A DNA stretch of 64,000 nt, from positions 1,550,001-1,614,000 of the forward strand of contig JAYWIR010000044.1 of the NCBI GenBank assembly GCA_036172245.1. The letters are read 5' to 3'. A program made the position numbers and the translations under genes. A model generated the notes under the pieces. The model did not search any database. It saw only the letters and a list, made by a program, of their open reading frames with translations, and was not told where the DNA came from. Shown here piece by piece: positions 24,227 through 37,400 of the stretch. This stretch comes from Raillietiella orientalis. Its lineage: Eukaryota. Numbering within the stretch: position 1 is the stretch's first letter; each line of letters starts with the position of its first letter.

Positions 24227-27200
24227 TTTACCCGGATTTGGCCGGGGCGGTTATTATGAAAAACACATTTACAAAGACGTGCAGCGGCTGGACCACTGCT
24301 CCAGCCATGCACGAAGAAACACAGAGTCTTCCTGGTCACAGGTTCACAAACCGGTACGCTCCACCACGACAGCAGGGGGAAGGGGCAAAAAAACAAAACA
24401 AAACAAAAAAGAAAAGAAAAGTTGGGAGGGTACGGGAAGGGATCACTGTAGCTGGTGAGGCCGTTGCATCCTTTGCAGGATGCCGGCAAGCTCTTCCTCC
24501 ATGCCTGGATCCAGGTTAGCCATCGCGACGCCCTCCACAGCAACTGGGAAGCTTCCTGGATAGCACTCTGGTCGCGTTGTCCTCCCGTAGCCTTGCTCCA
24601 GGTGTCAACCATCCCGCAAAGGCATCACAGGGCTGCTAACGAGGCCTCTGGCTGAAGAGCTCGGCAACTAAGAGGGCTTTCAGAACGTCCCTGGGGTTGC
24701 AGCAGGGGAATCCGATGGCCGCGAAAAAGCGGAACCCAAGGAACCGACGGGCAACACAATCCACAAGCAGGTGGGAGAGGGACTCCCGTTCCCCACACTT
24801 AACAGAATAGGGGTCCACAGCTCCCCAGGTCCAGTGGTGTCAGCGGACATTGCAGGGGAGTCCCCAGTGCTGCAACAGGAGAGCCGACTCCTGCCATTTT
24901 AAGGGGAGGATGAAGGTGTTCATTAGTACCGAGGGTCACTTCAAACGTTCAATGGGAACGTCGAGCAGCGCGCCCCAGCGTAGACATGGGAAGGCGTACT
25001 CGGGGACGCAGCGTCTGTTAACTGGCCCGTCTTCCACTATACTATCTTCTTCTCCTTTCCGGAGATTGTAACCCTAACCTCCCACTTCGCCGCAACATCG
25101 CTGTCCAGATTTTCCTTCAGGAAGGGCAGCGCAGCAGCGAGGGGGGTTTTTCCTGCTTACGCTCTCATCTTTGGATCCTTCAGGATCTCACGGAGCGTGC
25201 AACTTCTCTAACCCGCAAACAGGAACCTTCGTTTCTGTTGGGAGCGTTGTATGCCAAACTATCTCCACGTTCGAACGGTTTCCTGCAACAAGGCGCTACA
25301 GTTCAAAGGGTACAGGTGACCAAACCTTGTTTTTTTGCTGTCAGCGCAGCCACTCTTTGTAGCTGCAGTCCGCATCGGTTGACGCGGCAACAGAGTGCAA
25401 GAAACGACGTAAGTTCCGTCTTTCCGGTGGCTACCTGGAGAAGGAGACGTGCAGGGACGCACCAACAGGTGCACCACAACTCTGGAACAAGTGCCGACAT
25501 TTGAAACTGGAGCTAAAGCTCCAGCCGCTTAGCGTCAGAAGGCCCAGACCACCGTCTCGACGAGGAGCGCGCAAGTCCTTTAAACAAACTTGGGCCCTCC
25601 CGTTGCCCCAAAGGACGATACGGAGGTGGTCCTTTGTTCGCTTTTTAATCCTCTTTGTGGAAGGGCAAACAAAAAGCAGAAGGAAGAGGAGATGAGCCGC
25701 GAACGTGTTCCAAACCGCGGCTTGTTCAGACAGGAAAAACCTGCCGCCTAGGAAAGGGCCGATCGCCGTTTCTACTTTTTGGAGGCAGCCGGACCACGTT
25801 TCCCCAGGGCAGTAATCTCTCAACGGCACACCAAGCTACTTGAAGTACCTCACCGTGGGGATCCCCAAACGGACCCAGTCCTGCTGCCCTGCCCACGCCG
25901 CACCAACTGGCATCACGGACGACTCCGCCCTGTTCACGGTAAGTCCGGTTCTTCGATGCAGCAGGTCGAAGAACTCCTCGACCGCCGAAGCCGGGGTGGA
26001 CAAAGGGAGCAGCAGAAGAAGGTCGTTCGCGTACGCTGAAACGATTGGCGTACCGGCACAATTTTGCGGAAGGTGCGCCATAGTTCCCCTGTACGCTCTC
26101 AGTACCAACTCAAAGTAGGTACTAAAGAGCAAGGGGCTCAGGCTGCCTTCCTGCCAGATCCCACGCCGCACCGGCACGCCGTGCACGATCTGCCTTCTGA
26201 AAGAAACGTCGATGAGCGCGTCGCGCCCGCTGGAGCGCAGATAAGCCACTAATGAGGCCTAGAAGCCCAAACGTTCCAGAATCTCCAGCAGGAGATTCTG
26301 GTCGACACTATCGAATCCTTTGCACAAGTCGACAGCGACCGCAAGGGCTTCCTCTTCCACCCGACCATCCCACCATTTGCTAGCGCACGCACCGGAATTC
26401 CGGCTGCGCACCAAGCTCCTTTCTTGTTGGAGCTCTAGCCAGGTGGAAGCGTGGAACAGGTTCGCCTCCATGTTTTGACCGGGAACAGCATATGTCTGTT
26501 CCGGGCTGATGACGATGTTGGCAACCCGTCCCAGACGCTCTGATCGAACCTTCGCTAGAAACTTGGCGTCCCCATTCACTGTTGTGATATGACGCCAGTG
26601 GTTCATGCTCCTCAGATCTCCTTTTTTAGGGAGCAGTCGCACCTTTGCTGAACCAAACGAGGCGGGAACGTCACCTGTCTTGCTTATCAGCAAGGTGAGT
26701 TGCTGTACCAGAGGGGTAAGCTCAGCCGCGAAAGTTTCATCAAACTTTGCGAGCTGGCCGTCCTCCCATGAAGCCTTGCTCCTCTTGAGCTTTCCGATGA
26801 CCGAGAGGATGTTGTCCTTCGTGAAAGGCTCGTCGAGGGTCTATTTCTCCTCCTTCCCGATCGCTGGAGCGCGTTATGGAAGCAAGAGTCGTGATATGTT
26901 TCTCTCCGGAGGTGCCCTGTCATACAGGGGAGAGTAGTATCTCCGCAGCAGGCCGCGGATTTGGGCTGGTGCCGAGTGCTTCTAGCCCTGATCGTCCAGC
27001 AATCAGGCCGATCCGGACTGCCAGGCTTGCCTCTCAGCTCCCGCTTTGTATTCCGCCAGCCTGCGAATTTCGAGGGTCCTAAAGTAAAGAAGGGCCTGCA
27101 GATAGGCTCGTTCGTTACGGACCCCGGTATCACAACCCGTAGGTAGTCTGTGCAGAGGGAACTGGTCGCAGAACTCTTGGACCAACCGCTTGGAGCGGTC

Positions 27201-27820
27201 TCAGTCCTGAAGCTCCGTATGAACGTGCGCAGATATTCCGTTGCGTCCGACAGCTTCAGCCAGTCCCCTGGGAGACGAAACGCGGACAAGAAGGGAACCC
27301 TGACGCGCGGATGGATCTCGAGAACTATCGGGCGATGGTCGGACAGCTCGTACGGTTACTTGCCGCGTCTGCCCACACGAAGGCACAGCTGCTCGTCAAG
27401 AAACACGTGGTCGATGCTGTCTTCGATTCCCGGTGCACTGACCAACAAATTACAGGTGTGCACCGCCATGCACACCCTTTTCACCAGATCACGCTCGTGA
27501 TTCTGCTCATCTGTTTTCAGGCGAACGTTGAAGACTCCTGCAACCTGATTTGCATTCCGCACGCCTGCTTCGGTCAGCCAGTCGCGCCGGAAGGCAAGGA
27601 AAAACTCTTTCCTCATCCTTTTGTTCGTGAGGTAGGCACCGCGCGGTGCGTACACGTTCGTGACGATCAGATCGATCGAGTCGGACCACCTGAGAGTCAG
27701 CTGATCGACCCGACCGTCGTCATCAATTCGCACGCCCTTCACGGCAGCTTCGATTTCTGACATCACGAAAAACGCGACGCCACAGGTGTAGCCGGCGCCG
27801 CATCGCCAATACAGGATACT
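24227..27820 (-). mobile_element. 5'-truncated degenerate LINE (E5), from endonuclease to 3' end
   Basis: EN in 27356..27910 (NVYAP, IDH); RT in 26259..26693 and 25836..26249 (YAND); zinc finger in 24636..24818; terminal hairpin at 24231-24255. Confidence 0.88.
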
Positions 27821-28299
27821 TCCTTTCGCTCCGTCTTTGGTGCTTCTTTGCGGCTGCTCCTTTTGGGTGTGGTGCGATCTTTCATTTGAAAATGAAGCCA
27901 GTGCCCGCACAGATGGAGGTGGACGAATACCTTTGCGTCGGAGGACCTTCTCCGGGAAGAGTGGAAGCCTCCACCGATCGTCCCTCGCCTCCAGCGAGAA
28001 GTTTTGCCGCCGTTGCTAAGGCAGAGGAGGGCCACAGGGCCGCACCCTACGAGGCAGAGCTACGGGCGTACGCCGCTAGCGGCTACAACTTCCCTCTGGC
28101 CTCCAAGGTCAGTGCCGCGTACCGGGATGTGACTGGCAACCAGCTCTAGAGCGAGCTGGAACGCGTAGGAATCCGAGAGAACGATCTGCAGGCACTTATG
28201 CCAGTGAGCGCGTAGGGCCATTGGAAGGTGGGCTGCAAGGATGCAGCCCTCGTCCAGCGCCTTCTGCAAAAGCCCCTGAAAATCATGAGAAAGCAGGTC

Positions 28300-31200
28300 G
28301 GATGGTGCTCTTGCGCTCAAGGAGGAGGATCGTTTTAGGTTGGCGGAACCGTGCACGATGGTGGAGATCATCTCCGCCATCGCGAAGTTAAAGAAAATGA
28401 AGGCACCAGGAAAGGACGGCCTGCCCACGGAGTTTTAACATCGCTTCGCGCCAGAGCTGGCCCCCCTGGTGCTTAGGTTAAGTACGCTGATCCGCGAACA
28501 CAACGAAGTTTCCGCCTCGTTCCGATCAGCAATAGTACGTCTCCTGTTGAAATCAGGAGACTTACGCAACATTGGCAACTGGCGTCCCATCACAGTAGTG
28601 AATGCGGACGCAAAGTTGTATGCCAAGTTGTGAGCAGAGCGTTTGGGGCGGGTGGCCGCTTCCGTGGTGAGTCCCGAGCAGACTTTCTCTGTTCCCGGAC
28701 AAACCATGGAGGCCAACCTGCTCCTCGCCAGCTCATGGTGGCAGTTGCGACGACGCGTTGCTCAGGATGGTCGAGGGAGCCTCCCGCTCCCCTCTGACTA
28801 AGATCATGCAGAGGATAGGACGGACTCGACGAAAGCCTTTGCCGTCGCAGTTGATCTGGACAGAGCATTTGATTTTCACCCGGATTTCTCCGGGTCGTTT
28901 ATTAAAAAATAAACTTTATAAAGAAATTATTAATGGCTGTGACAATGCTCCAGCCAGAAGCGAAGAACCACGGAGCCTGCCAATTCACCGGTTTCTAGAC
29001 CGGTACGGTCCACCAAGGCAGCAGGGGAAAGGGGAAAAACAAAAACTAAACAAAAAGAAACAAAGGGTGGGAGGGAACGGGAAGGGATCACTGATGCTGC
29101 TGGGGCCGCATCATCCCTCTCAGGATGCTGGCAAGCTCTTGTTTGTTGTGAACATCCAGGTGGGGCCATCGCGACGCCCTTCTCAGGAATTGGAAGGCGC
29201 ACTGGATGGCGTCCGGATCGCTAGGTCCTCCCGTCGCCGTGCTTCATGCGGCGACGATGCCACGAAGGCAGCACAAGGCTTCTATCGAAAACGCTGGCCG
29301 GAGGGCGTCCGCAACGAAGAAGGCTTTTAGTGCGTCCCTTGGGTTGCCACAAAGGATAACGATGGCCGCGGCAAAGCGGAACCAAAGGGGCCGAAGGGCA
29401 ACACAATCCACTTGGAGGTGGGGGAGGGACTCCCGTTCCCCGCACCTTACACAATTGGGATCCACCGCTCCCCAGGTGTAGTGGTGTCGACGGGCGTTAC
29501 AGGGGAGTCTTCAGTGCTGCAACAGGAATGCCGACTCTTGCCATTTTAGGGAAAGGATGGAAGCGTTTATAGGAACCGGAGGCCACTTCAGATGTTCAAT
29601 CGGAACATCCAGCAGCGCTCTTCAGCGCAGAAGTCCATTAGGAGGCGTACTCGGGGTCGCAGCATCAGTTAGCATGCCCGTCTTACACTCTCTCTGCTTC
29701 CTTTCCATCCCGGAGATTTTTATTGTAACCTCCCACTTCTCCGCAACATTGCTGTCCTTATGTTCCACTAGGGAGTCCAGCGCAGCAGCGAGGGGGGTTC
29801 TTCCTGACCACGCTCTCTTCTTAGGATCCTCCAGGATCTCACGGAGCGTGCAACTTCTGTAAACCCCAAACAGGAACCTCCGTTACTGTTGAAATCGTTG
29901 CATGCCGAACTGTCCCCACGTTCGTACGGTTTCCTGCAACAAGGCGCTACAGTTCAAAGGGCTACAGGTGACCAAACCTTGTTTGTTTGCTGTCAGCGCA
30001 GCCACTCTTCGTAGCTGCAGTCCGCATCGGTTGACGCGGCAACGGAGTGCAAGAAACGACGTAAGTTTCGTCTTTTCGGTGGCTAGCTGGAGAAGGAGAC
30101 GTGCAGGGACGCACCAACAGGTGCACCACAACTAAGCCACAAGTGCCAAAATCCGGAACTGGAGCTGCAGCTCCAGCCGCTCCAATGTCAGGAGGCCGAG
30201 ACCACCGTCCCGACGCGGAGCGCACAAGTCCTTTAAGCGGACTAGGGCCCTCTTGTTACCCCAAAGATCGATACGGAGGAGGTCCTTCGTCCGTTTTTTG
30301 ATCCTCTCTGTGGGGGGGCCGGCATGAGGAGCACCGAGGAAACACGGCATCAGGCAGGGTGAAAGCCTGAGCCCCTTGCTCTTGAGCATCTACTTCGAGA
30401 TGGTGCTGAGGGCATATAGGGTAACTCTGACAAGTCTGCCGAGCTCGTGTACCGGCACACCTGCCGTGTCGGCCTATGCAGACGATCTTCTGCTGCTGCT
30501 TCTTGGGTCCACCCCGGCGTGTGCGTTCGAGGAATTCTTCTAGTTGCAGCGCCGCGGGACGGGCCTGGGGGTCAACAGGGCGAAGTCGTCGATGGCTTGT
30601 GTTGGTTCGGCGTGGACTGGACGGTCGGACTGGATCCGCTTGGGGATCCCAACGGGCAGGTGCTTCAAGTACCTTGGCGTTCCGTTGGGGAACTTCTGCG
30701 CAGCAGAAGCCTGGTCCGACCGTCTCCAAAAGGCAGTGTTGACGATCGGTCCGTTCCAAGGAAGCAAGTTCTACTTGCAGGAACGGGCCGCGGTGTGTAA
30801 CGCGTTTACGGCCCCCCTCCTTCGCCATCTACTGTTTGTGTGCCCTGCTTCTTGTTTTGTCCGTAAAAGAGTAGCGGGCCTCCTAAGGACAGTCCTTTAT
30901 GGCAAAGGGAGGTCCCGTGTAAGGCTCAAAGACTTGTGCGTTCCACGTAAATACGGTGGACTTCGCGTGCTTACGCTGGAGCTCATGGAAGTGCAACTAC
31001 AGTTTAGGACTCTCGCCTCGCGGCAGAACTGTGGGACACTCCCTGGTGGATCCCAGCACGCCTCCTGGCCCAACGAGCCTGCGGATCCGGCGGACTCCTG
31101 TAGTTTCTGTCTGCGCGCCACGGCAGAAGGGCACATTGTGGCTCTATGTTGCGGCGCATCGTCGTTGCGGTTTGGGAGAACGCCTGGAGCTCCTGCCTCC

Positions 31201-32295
31201 CAGGGAACCGGTCTGCTTGGTTGCAGGAGTCAGTGTCCACCTGGGAATAGATCCACGTTCCGGCGGGCACAAGGAACACTTGCCTGAAAACGCACGCCCG
31301 CTGGACGCTGCAGGACATCGTGCAGTCCCACGACAAGCTTCTGTGGGCCTTGATAACCCCCTCGCCCCAGTGCTGCCCTTGCTTGTGAATGCCAGGGACA
31401 GTAGAAAGCAGGGGAAATGGACCGTGTCCTGCACCATAGGCGGCAGGACACAATCGATAAAGGCGTGGACATCTCGGCAGCTACCTGACGCTGCGACGCC
31501 GAGTGTCCCGCTTAATGGAATTCTACGCTGGGGTGAGCTACTCGGACTATCTCCGGAGGAGATGGAGTGGCCCCCGCGTCCTGGAACAGTGCATTTCTTC
31601 CCCTGAAATGACATGATGTGGCGTTGCTTGTGGTACTCTGGGGATTACCATTTAAAGCACGCCTGCACCACACCACCTGGAGGCCTGTGGATCCTAATTG
31701 TGATCGGTGTGGGGAAAAAGAAGCATTCCCCCACCTTCTCCTTGAGTGCAGCACCCTCCTCCCTTTGCAGGATCGTCTCGCGGCGATCCTGGACTTGCGC
31801 GGATGCGGCCCAAAGGACGTTTTAAGGCGCCTCTTCTGTAGTGACGCCTTGTCCTTGACCGCTAGTGTAGCAGTCCTCTGCTGCATCAGAGGAATAGTGG
31901 CGGCTTGGAACGCCACCGAAAGAAGGCGTCAGCCAACCGGCAACGCATTACACTGGACTCGCCTTTTCGCGCGCATTGTCTGCAAGTGGCGCCACTTAGG
32001 CGCTGAAAGGACTCAGCTTGTCCGGATCCTGAATAGGATCTAGAGGACCTGCCGGAGCGCAACGTGATCCCTTCTCTGCTCTCCTACCCTTAAAACATTT
32101 GCTCCCCCCCACATTTGAACTTTTTGTTTCTTTTTGTTTTCCTTTATTTGCCATCCTCGCGCATCGGAAATACCTCTCCGGCATGGAGCCGGGAACCAGC
32201 AAGCTGTTTTGGAGTGGTGAACCTTCGGGTTCGCCACGCGACATTTCATGTATTTTTATTTCAATGAAAGAAATGCCCCGGAACATCCGGGTGTG
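28300..32295 (+). mobile_element. 5'-truncated LINE (E7) of a distinct subfamily, interrupted by E8
   Basis: 28300-28873 encodes KAPGKDG..WRPIT..DLDRAFD. From 30327 it encodes GIRQGESLSP, YADD, KYLG and the zinc finger in 31618..32043. Hairpin CCCGGAACATCCGGG at 32277-32291. Joining the two halves is inferred. Confidence 0.72.
28874..30322 (-). mobile_element. 5'-truncated LINE (E8)
   Basis: ORF2 C-terminal third, including CVRCGERESLPHLQVDC. Terminal hairpin at 28877-28903. Confidence 0.87.
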
Positions 32296-34473
32296 AATCG
32301 CGAAGGCGCGCGTCACCATGAACGACCGCAGGCTCATGCCTTCGCAGATCCTCCTCGGTGAGGTCGTCGTGTATCTCCGGTTTGCCGGGAAAACCCCAGC
32401 TTGCGGCAACTGCGGGAAGGAGGGCCACCGTCCTTGAAAGTGCCCAACACGCAGTTGCCGATACTGTAAGCTGCTCGGCCACTCGATTAACGAGTGCGCC
32501 GAGCTAAAACGAAAGAGGTGGACGAGAAACCTCCTTGCAACATCGCCGTCCGCGCCGACTCCATCCGCCCCGTCGTCGTGGAAGAAATCCGGCGCGAACG
32601 AAGTTCCGCAGCGGAGAAGCACAAAGTATAATTGCGCGGGCGTGTCTGGGAGCAATGCTCCTCAAAAGCCCGCGCAAAAGGACAAAAGGCTTCTCTAAGC
32701 TGCTTCAGTAAAGCTCCGAGCGACCCAGCCCACCGATAACATCGGGCAGGCTCCAAAACCACCGCCGCTTCCTTTCGCTCTCGCTCCGGAGCGAAATAGC
32801 GGTGGCACGCCCGGGAAGTCCACCGAAGCGTCGAAAAACGGGTCGCGCGCCCCTTTGCCCGCGACAGGCAAGCCGGCCACGGCGGGCCGAACGCCAGCAA
32901 AGGCCGAAAAGCCTCGCGCGACCTCTGAGAATCCCGCCACTCTGCCCGCACCTTCAGGTAAAGAGGTGCAAAAGGCAGAGGTGCCGAAGGAGACACTGGC
33001 CTACATAGCCGTATCCGAGGCCTTGGAAAGGATGCGAAGGACCCTGGAAGCCCTTGCGCCCAATTGAGGGAAACCGGAAGGCGGCGAGGATGGCTGGACC
33101 TTTCTTGGGGGAAGTTAGAAGGAGCGCATACCGCGCGATCCTTCCCCCTTCCCGATTAAAAAGGTAGGCGGGGTGAAGAGGCAGCCCCGCGCGCCAAGGA
33201 AGGCGCAAGAAAAAGCCTCTGCTGCCGCCTCGCGCTCCGCCGCAAACACCCGCGGCGAGAAGGGAGCTGAAGAAGCCGTTACCCCGAAAGGGGGATCGGC
33301 GACGAAGGCACCCTCTAAGAGTGCTGGACCAGCTCCGAACTGCCAGCAAAAAAAGAAGCAGGCGAAACGCCCGCCGCGCGCGCTGAATTCGGACTCCGAT
33401 TTGGAGTCCGAGGGCAGCGCTAAGGCTCGCCAATTCCCGGTCAAGGCCAGGACTGCGCGCAAGCCAAAACTTGCCAGGCAAGAGCCTGATGCCGGGAACG
33501 GTTCCCGATGCTCCTCGGAGCCTGAGGCAATGGTCCTCGACTCCACCGAGCCAGTTGCGAACGGCGCGGCGGGGACAGCAAGCGCCTGCGCTACCTCATC
33601 CGCAATGCTCCCGGCTGCTGCCTCGCCGAACGGGGCGAGGAACGCACCTCCATCTCCGTAGCAGCAATGCGCGGTCTCGCTTCTTCCCGTCGCGTCTGAG
33701 TGGCTTGTTGGAATGTCAACGGGCTACAAGACAACGAGAAGAGGCGATTGGTAGAAAACGTCTTGAGCGACTTCGATCTGGCCCTGCTGCAGGAGATTCA
33801 CGCACTCTCCGAGCCACAAGCGGCCGATCTGCAAGTTCGCGCAGGCGGGACGCTCCATTGGAGGTCAGGCGCCCAGAATACCTGCGTAGTCGCATTTATT
33901 GTCCGGGACAAAGTGGCGAGAGTGGTGCGAAGCCTTTGTTTCGACGAGGAAGGTCGTGTGGGCCACCTTGTTCTCAAGTGGTCCGAATCGATCAACGTTG
34001 TTGTCACGAACGTGTACGCGCCGTGCGGCTCTGCGCGTCACACCGAGAAACTGGAGTTTTTCGAGAGACTGCGCAACCGCTGACTCAGCAACTCCGGCCC
34101 CGACGTGGCTCACCTCGTAGCCGTGGACTTCAACGTCCACGCGCTATCGGAGGAGTCTCACCGTCGCCGGGAGAAACGGCTGCTGAACGAAGTGTGCGCG
34201 TCCGTGCACGTTTCGAATTTGCTGGCCGACGATCGCGAAATGCGTGCTTTGCCAGACCATGTGTTCCTCGACGATCACCTGCATTGTCGGGTGAGTCGAA
34301 GAGTTTCCGTGCCGTCTAAGCTTTACGACCAATACAGGCTGGAGTTTGAGCTACTCCCGCCTGGCGAGGAACCTCGGACGCACGTCTAGAGGTTGCCGGC
34401 CGACTGGTTAAAAAATCCTGTGACTGCGGAGCACCTACGCCAGCATCTCCGGACCTTGGCCATTCCAAAGCTC

Positions 34474-37400
34474 GTTTCTCACCCGGTTGAGCCGAAGCGT
34501 TTATTCTTTGGAATAAAACAAACGTTAGTGGCTGACCAGGTGGTCCGGCCACGCACTGGTATACAAAATTAAGCCTGCCAAGTCACTGGTTCGTATTCCG
34601 GCACGGTCCACCACGACAGATGAAAGGCCAAGGACAAAACAAAAAATTAAACAAAAAAAACAAATGTATAAAATCAAAATCTGAAGGACACGGGAAGGGA
34701 TCACAGTCTGCTGTAAGGCCGTTACATCCTTTGCAGGATGCCGGCAAGCTGTTTTTGGGTGTTTGAATCAAGATGGATCCATCCTGTCGCCGTCCGCATA
34801 AATTCGGCTGCGCATTGGACGGCACCCTTATCGCGAGGTCCTACCGTTGCTTTCCTCCATGCTGCGACGATCCCGCAAAAGCAGCACAGAGCTGCTAACG
34901 AGGCCGAAGGCCGAAGGGAGTCGCCAACGAAGAGGGATCCAATTGCGTCTCTCGGGTTGCCACAGGAGTTACCGATTGCCGCGGCAAAACGGTACCAGAG
35001 GGGCCAAAGAGCCACACAATCCAAAAAGAGGTGAATGAGCGACTCCCGCTTTCTACACCTCGCACAATTAGGGCTCACCGTTCCCCTGGTCCAATGGTGT
35101 CGGCGGGCGCTTCAGGGGAGTCCCCAATGCAGCAGCAATAGCGCCGACTCCTGCCATTTTTAGGGGAGGGTAAAGGTGTTCATGAGCACCGGAAGCAACT
35201 TTAATTGTTCCCGCGGAACATTTAGCAGATCGCCCAAGCGCAAAAGTGCAATAGGGGTGGTAGTACGGGCCGCGGTATCGCAGAGAAATCCCGTTTTCCA
35301 TTTCCCGATGTTTTTCTCCGTATCGGAGATTTTTACTTAGACATCCTATTTCGCAGCAGTGTTTCCGTTTGAATGTTCCGCGAGCGGAAACAGCATTGCA
35401 GCGAGAAGAGTTTTTCTTGCCCACTCTCGTTTTTGGGTGTTCTCTAGGACCACCCGGAGCGTCAGGCAGTCATAACGGGCGAAGAATTGTCTCTGCCCTT
35501 CTTGGGTGCGTTGCTGCTTGCTCCTTGCCCACTTCTGAACCGTTTTCTGCAGCCATGCAGGTCCGTTAACGGGGCGACAGCAGAGCCATCCTGCGTTTTT
35601 CCTCATCAGGTCAGCCACTCTCCGTAGCTGCAACCCGCAGTGACCGACTTGGCGGCGCAGACGGAGCGCAAGGAAGGATGACAGTCCCTCCTTGCCTGTA
35701 GCCTGCACGACGAGGAGATGTGCGGGCTCGCACCAACTGCTATTCCGATATTACGTCACTAGGGCGAGTAATCGAAACTGGAGCTGGAGCTCCAGCCGCA
35801 CTAGCGTCAGGAGGCCGAGACCGCCGTCCCGCCGCGGAGCGCTCAAGTCCTCAAGCCGGAATCGGGCCTTCCCATTACGCCACAGGGCAATCCTTAGGTG
35901 GTCCTTCGTCCGCTTTTTAGTCTCTGTGTTGAGGGGACAAACAAAAAGCAGGGAACCGAGGAGGAGCGCCGCAAATGCGTTCCACACCGCCGCCCGTTCC
36001 GGCAGGAAAAACCTGCGGCCTTGAAACGGGCCGATCGCCGTCTCTACCTTTTGAAGGTAGCTGGACCACGCATCCGAAGGGAGATAATCACCCATCGGTA
36101 CACCGAGGTACTTGAAGTACCGTACCGTGGGGATCCCAAAACGCACCCAGTTCTGCTGCCCTGCCCACGCCGCATTCATTGGCATGACGGACGACTTCGC
36201 CCTGTTCACCTCAAGCCTGGTTCCCCGACTTAGCAGGTGGAAAAACTCCTCGACCGCCGATGCCGGGGTTTACATAGGGAGCAGCAGCAGTAGGTCGTCC
36301 GCATATGCTGACACCGCGGACGTACCGAAATAGTGGCGCAGCAGGTGCGCTAGAGTTTCACTGTACGCTCTCAGTACCATCTCGAAGTAGGTACTGAAGA
36401 GCAAGGGACTCAGTCTGTCTCCCTGCCTTATGCCGCGTCGCACCGGTACGCCGGGCACGGTGTGTCCTCTCAAAAAGATCTGATTGAGCGGGTCGCGCCA
36501 GCAGGATCGCAGGTAGGTCAGCAAAGAGACCGGGAAGCCCAAGAGTTCCAGGAGCTCCAAGAGGAGCCTCTGGTCGAAACAGTCGAATTCTATATGGAAA
36601 TCGACTGCGACTGCCAGGGCTCTCCCCTACCTTAACCATTCCGTTTCCTAGCGGCGGACTTCCCGACAGTCCGGTTGCCCATCCTGACCCTTTCCTGTTG
36701 GAGCGCGAAAAAGGTGCTGGCGAGGAACAGTTTGGGATCCATGCTCAGCCCGGGTGAAGCATTTGTCTTCTCCGTGCTGATGAAGCTTTCCGCTAACCGC
36801 CCTAGGCGTTCAGCTTACAATTTCGCCAGCAGCTCGGCGTCCGCGTTTATCACGGTAATCGGAAGGCTGTTGCTCATGCTCCGAAGGTCTCCTTCCTTTG
36901 GGAGGAGACGCACCTTTGCCGAACGAAACAAGGCGGGGACGTCGCCCGTTTCGCGGATCAGCAAGGTGAGTTTCTACACCAGAGAAGTGAGCTCTGCCGC
37001 GAAACATTGAAAAAATCACGCTGGCAGGCTATCCTCCCCTGCTGCCTTCCGCTTCTTAAGCTTTCCGATGGCCGAGATGATTTCGCCCATCGTGAAAGGC
37101 TCGTCGAGGGTCTTTCTATCTTCTTCTCCGATCGCCGGAGCGCCTTCCGGAAGAAGAAGTCGCGACACATCCCGTTCCGATGTAGAGCGCGCGTACAAGG
37201 AGGAGTAGAAATTTTTTAATAAGCCTTTTACCTGGGCGGAGGCCGAGTGCTCCGAACCCTGGTCCTATAGTAAGCTGGCACACCCAAATTGCCACGTCTG
37301 CCTCTCAGCTCTTCCACGGTACTCGGCAAGCCTGCGTACTTTTGGTGTTCGCGCGTAACATCGAGATTGTAAATACATCTCTCGTTACCCACGCTTTTAC

